From the NCBI RefSeq assembly GCF_009914755.1, contig NC_060947.1: a DNA stretch of 64,000 bases, one strand, 5' to 3'. A program made the translations under genes and the position numbers. The number at the start of each line of letters is the position of its first letter. The stretch's first letter is position 1. Shown piece by piece: positions 63,701 to 64,000 of the stretch. This DNA is from the human T2T-CHM13v2.0 reference genome, Homo sapiens. Under the pieces are notes generated by a model that was not told the DNA's origin, did not search any database, and saw only the letters and a list, made by a program, of their open reading frames with translations.

Positions 63701-64000
63701 AACTCCATCATCACAAAGAATATTCTGAGAATGCTTCCGTTTGCCTTTTATATGAAGTTCCTTCCAATACGACCGTAGGCCTCAAAGCAGTCCAAATCTC
63801 CATTTGCAGATTCTACAAAAAGAGTGATTCCAATCTGCTCTATCAATAGGATTGTTCAACTCCATGAGTTGAATGCCATCCTCACAAAGTCGTTTCTGAG
63901 AATGCTTCTATCTAGTTTTTATGTGAAGATATTTCCTTTTCCACCACAGGCCTCAAAGCCCTCCAAACGTCCACTTGCAGATTCTCGAAAAAGAGTGTTT

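Larger units (their letters stand above)
1..64000 (-). repeat. DXZ1: Alpha-satellite higher-order repeat array, 12-mer / 2057-bp unit, consistent with human chromosome X centromeric DXZ1 (SF3)
   Basis: Monomers of about 171 bp with alphoid motifs (TTTCTGAGAATGCTT, CCACTTGCAGATTCTAC, GTTCAACTCTGTGAGTTGAATGC) run end to end. ORF-track coordinates recur every 2057 bp, and GGATCC occurs once per unit (1575-1580, etc.). Equivalent unit starts: 2057, 3773, 5830, 7886, 9943, 12000, 14057, 16113, 18170, 20227, 22284, 24341, 26398, 28455, 30512, 32569, 34626, 36684, 38741, 40798, 42855, 44912, 46969, 49026, 51083, 53140, 55197, 57254, 59311, 61368, 63424. The DXZ1 assignment rests on established knowledge of the 2.0-kb BamHI 12-mer, not on a database search. 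Confidence 0.96.

Noticed and set aside
1-64000. CRISPR-like or other repeat-spacer system
   Set aside because: There are no unique spacers and no cas-like genes. The sequence between conserved motifs is itself repeated alphoid DNA.
1-64000. L1/Alu insertion, inversion or array edge
   Set aside because: Unit spacing is fully accounted for by 2057 bp, one 341-bp deletion and four 1-bp indels. I saw no poly(A) tail, target-site duplication, strand switch or divergent monomeric DNA.
1-64000. Assigning the window to the active kinetochore (CENP-A / hypomethylated) domain
   Set aside because: This is epigenetically defined and cannot be read from sequence alone.

Overview
The whole 64 kb window is one uninterrupted, single-orientation array of primate alpha-satellite (about 171-bp monomers) organised as a 2057-bp, 12-monomer higher-order repeat (HOR). 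Its period, single BamHI site, pentameric BBBAA-BBBAA-BA box pattern and one 186-bp monomer match the human X-centromere array DXZ1 (suprachromosomal family 3). There are 31 complete units (30 12-mers and one 1716-bp 10-mer) plus a partial unit, reading on the minus strand relative to the usual CENP-B-box orientation. I see no genes, RNAs, transposons or inversions, and all listed ORFs are artefacts of the repeat. I found no new gene-encoded system. The interesting signal is structural: (i) a templated inverted insertion in the long monomer that makes two mutually exclusive hairpins, with a spreading SNV that perfects one of them; (ii) a two-monomer deletion at a 24-bp identity that removes only dead CENP-B boxes; (iii) SNV-marked block duplications at 1-, 2- and 5-HOR offsets with conversion-like patches; (iv) local loss of adjacent CENP-B boxes; (v) many CpG-creating variants. 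All variant positions were read by eye and should be confirmed by alignment.
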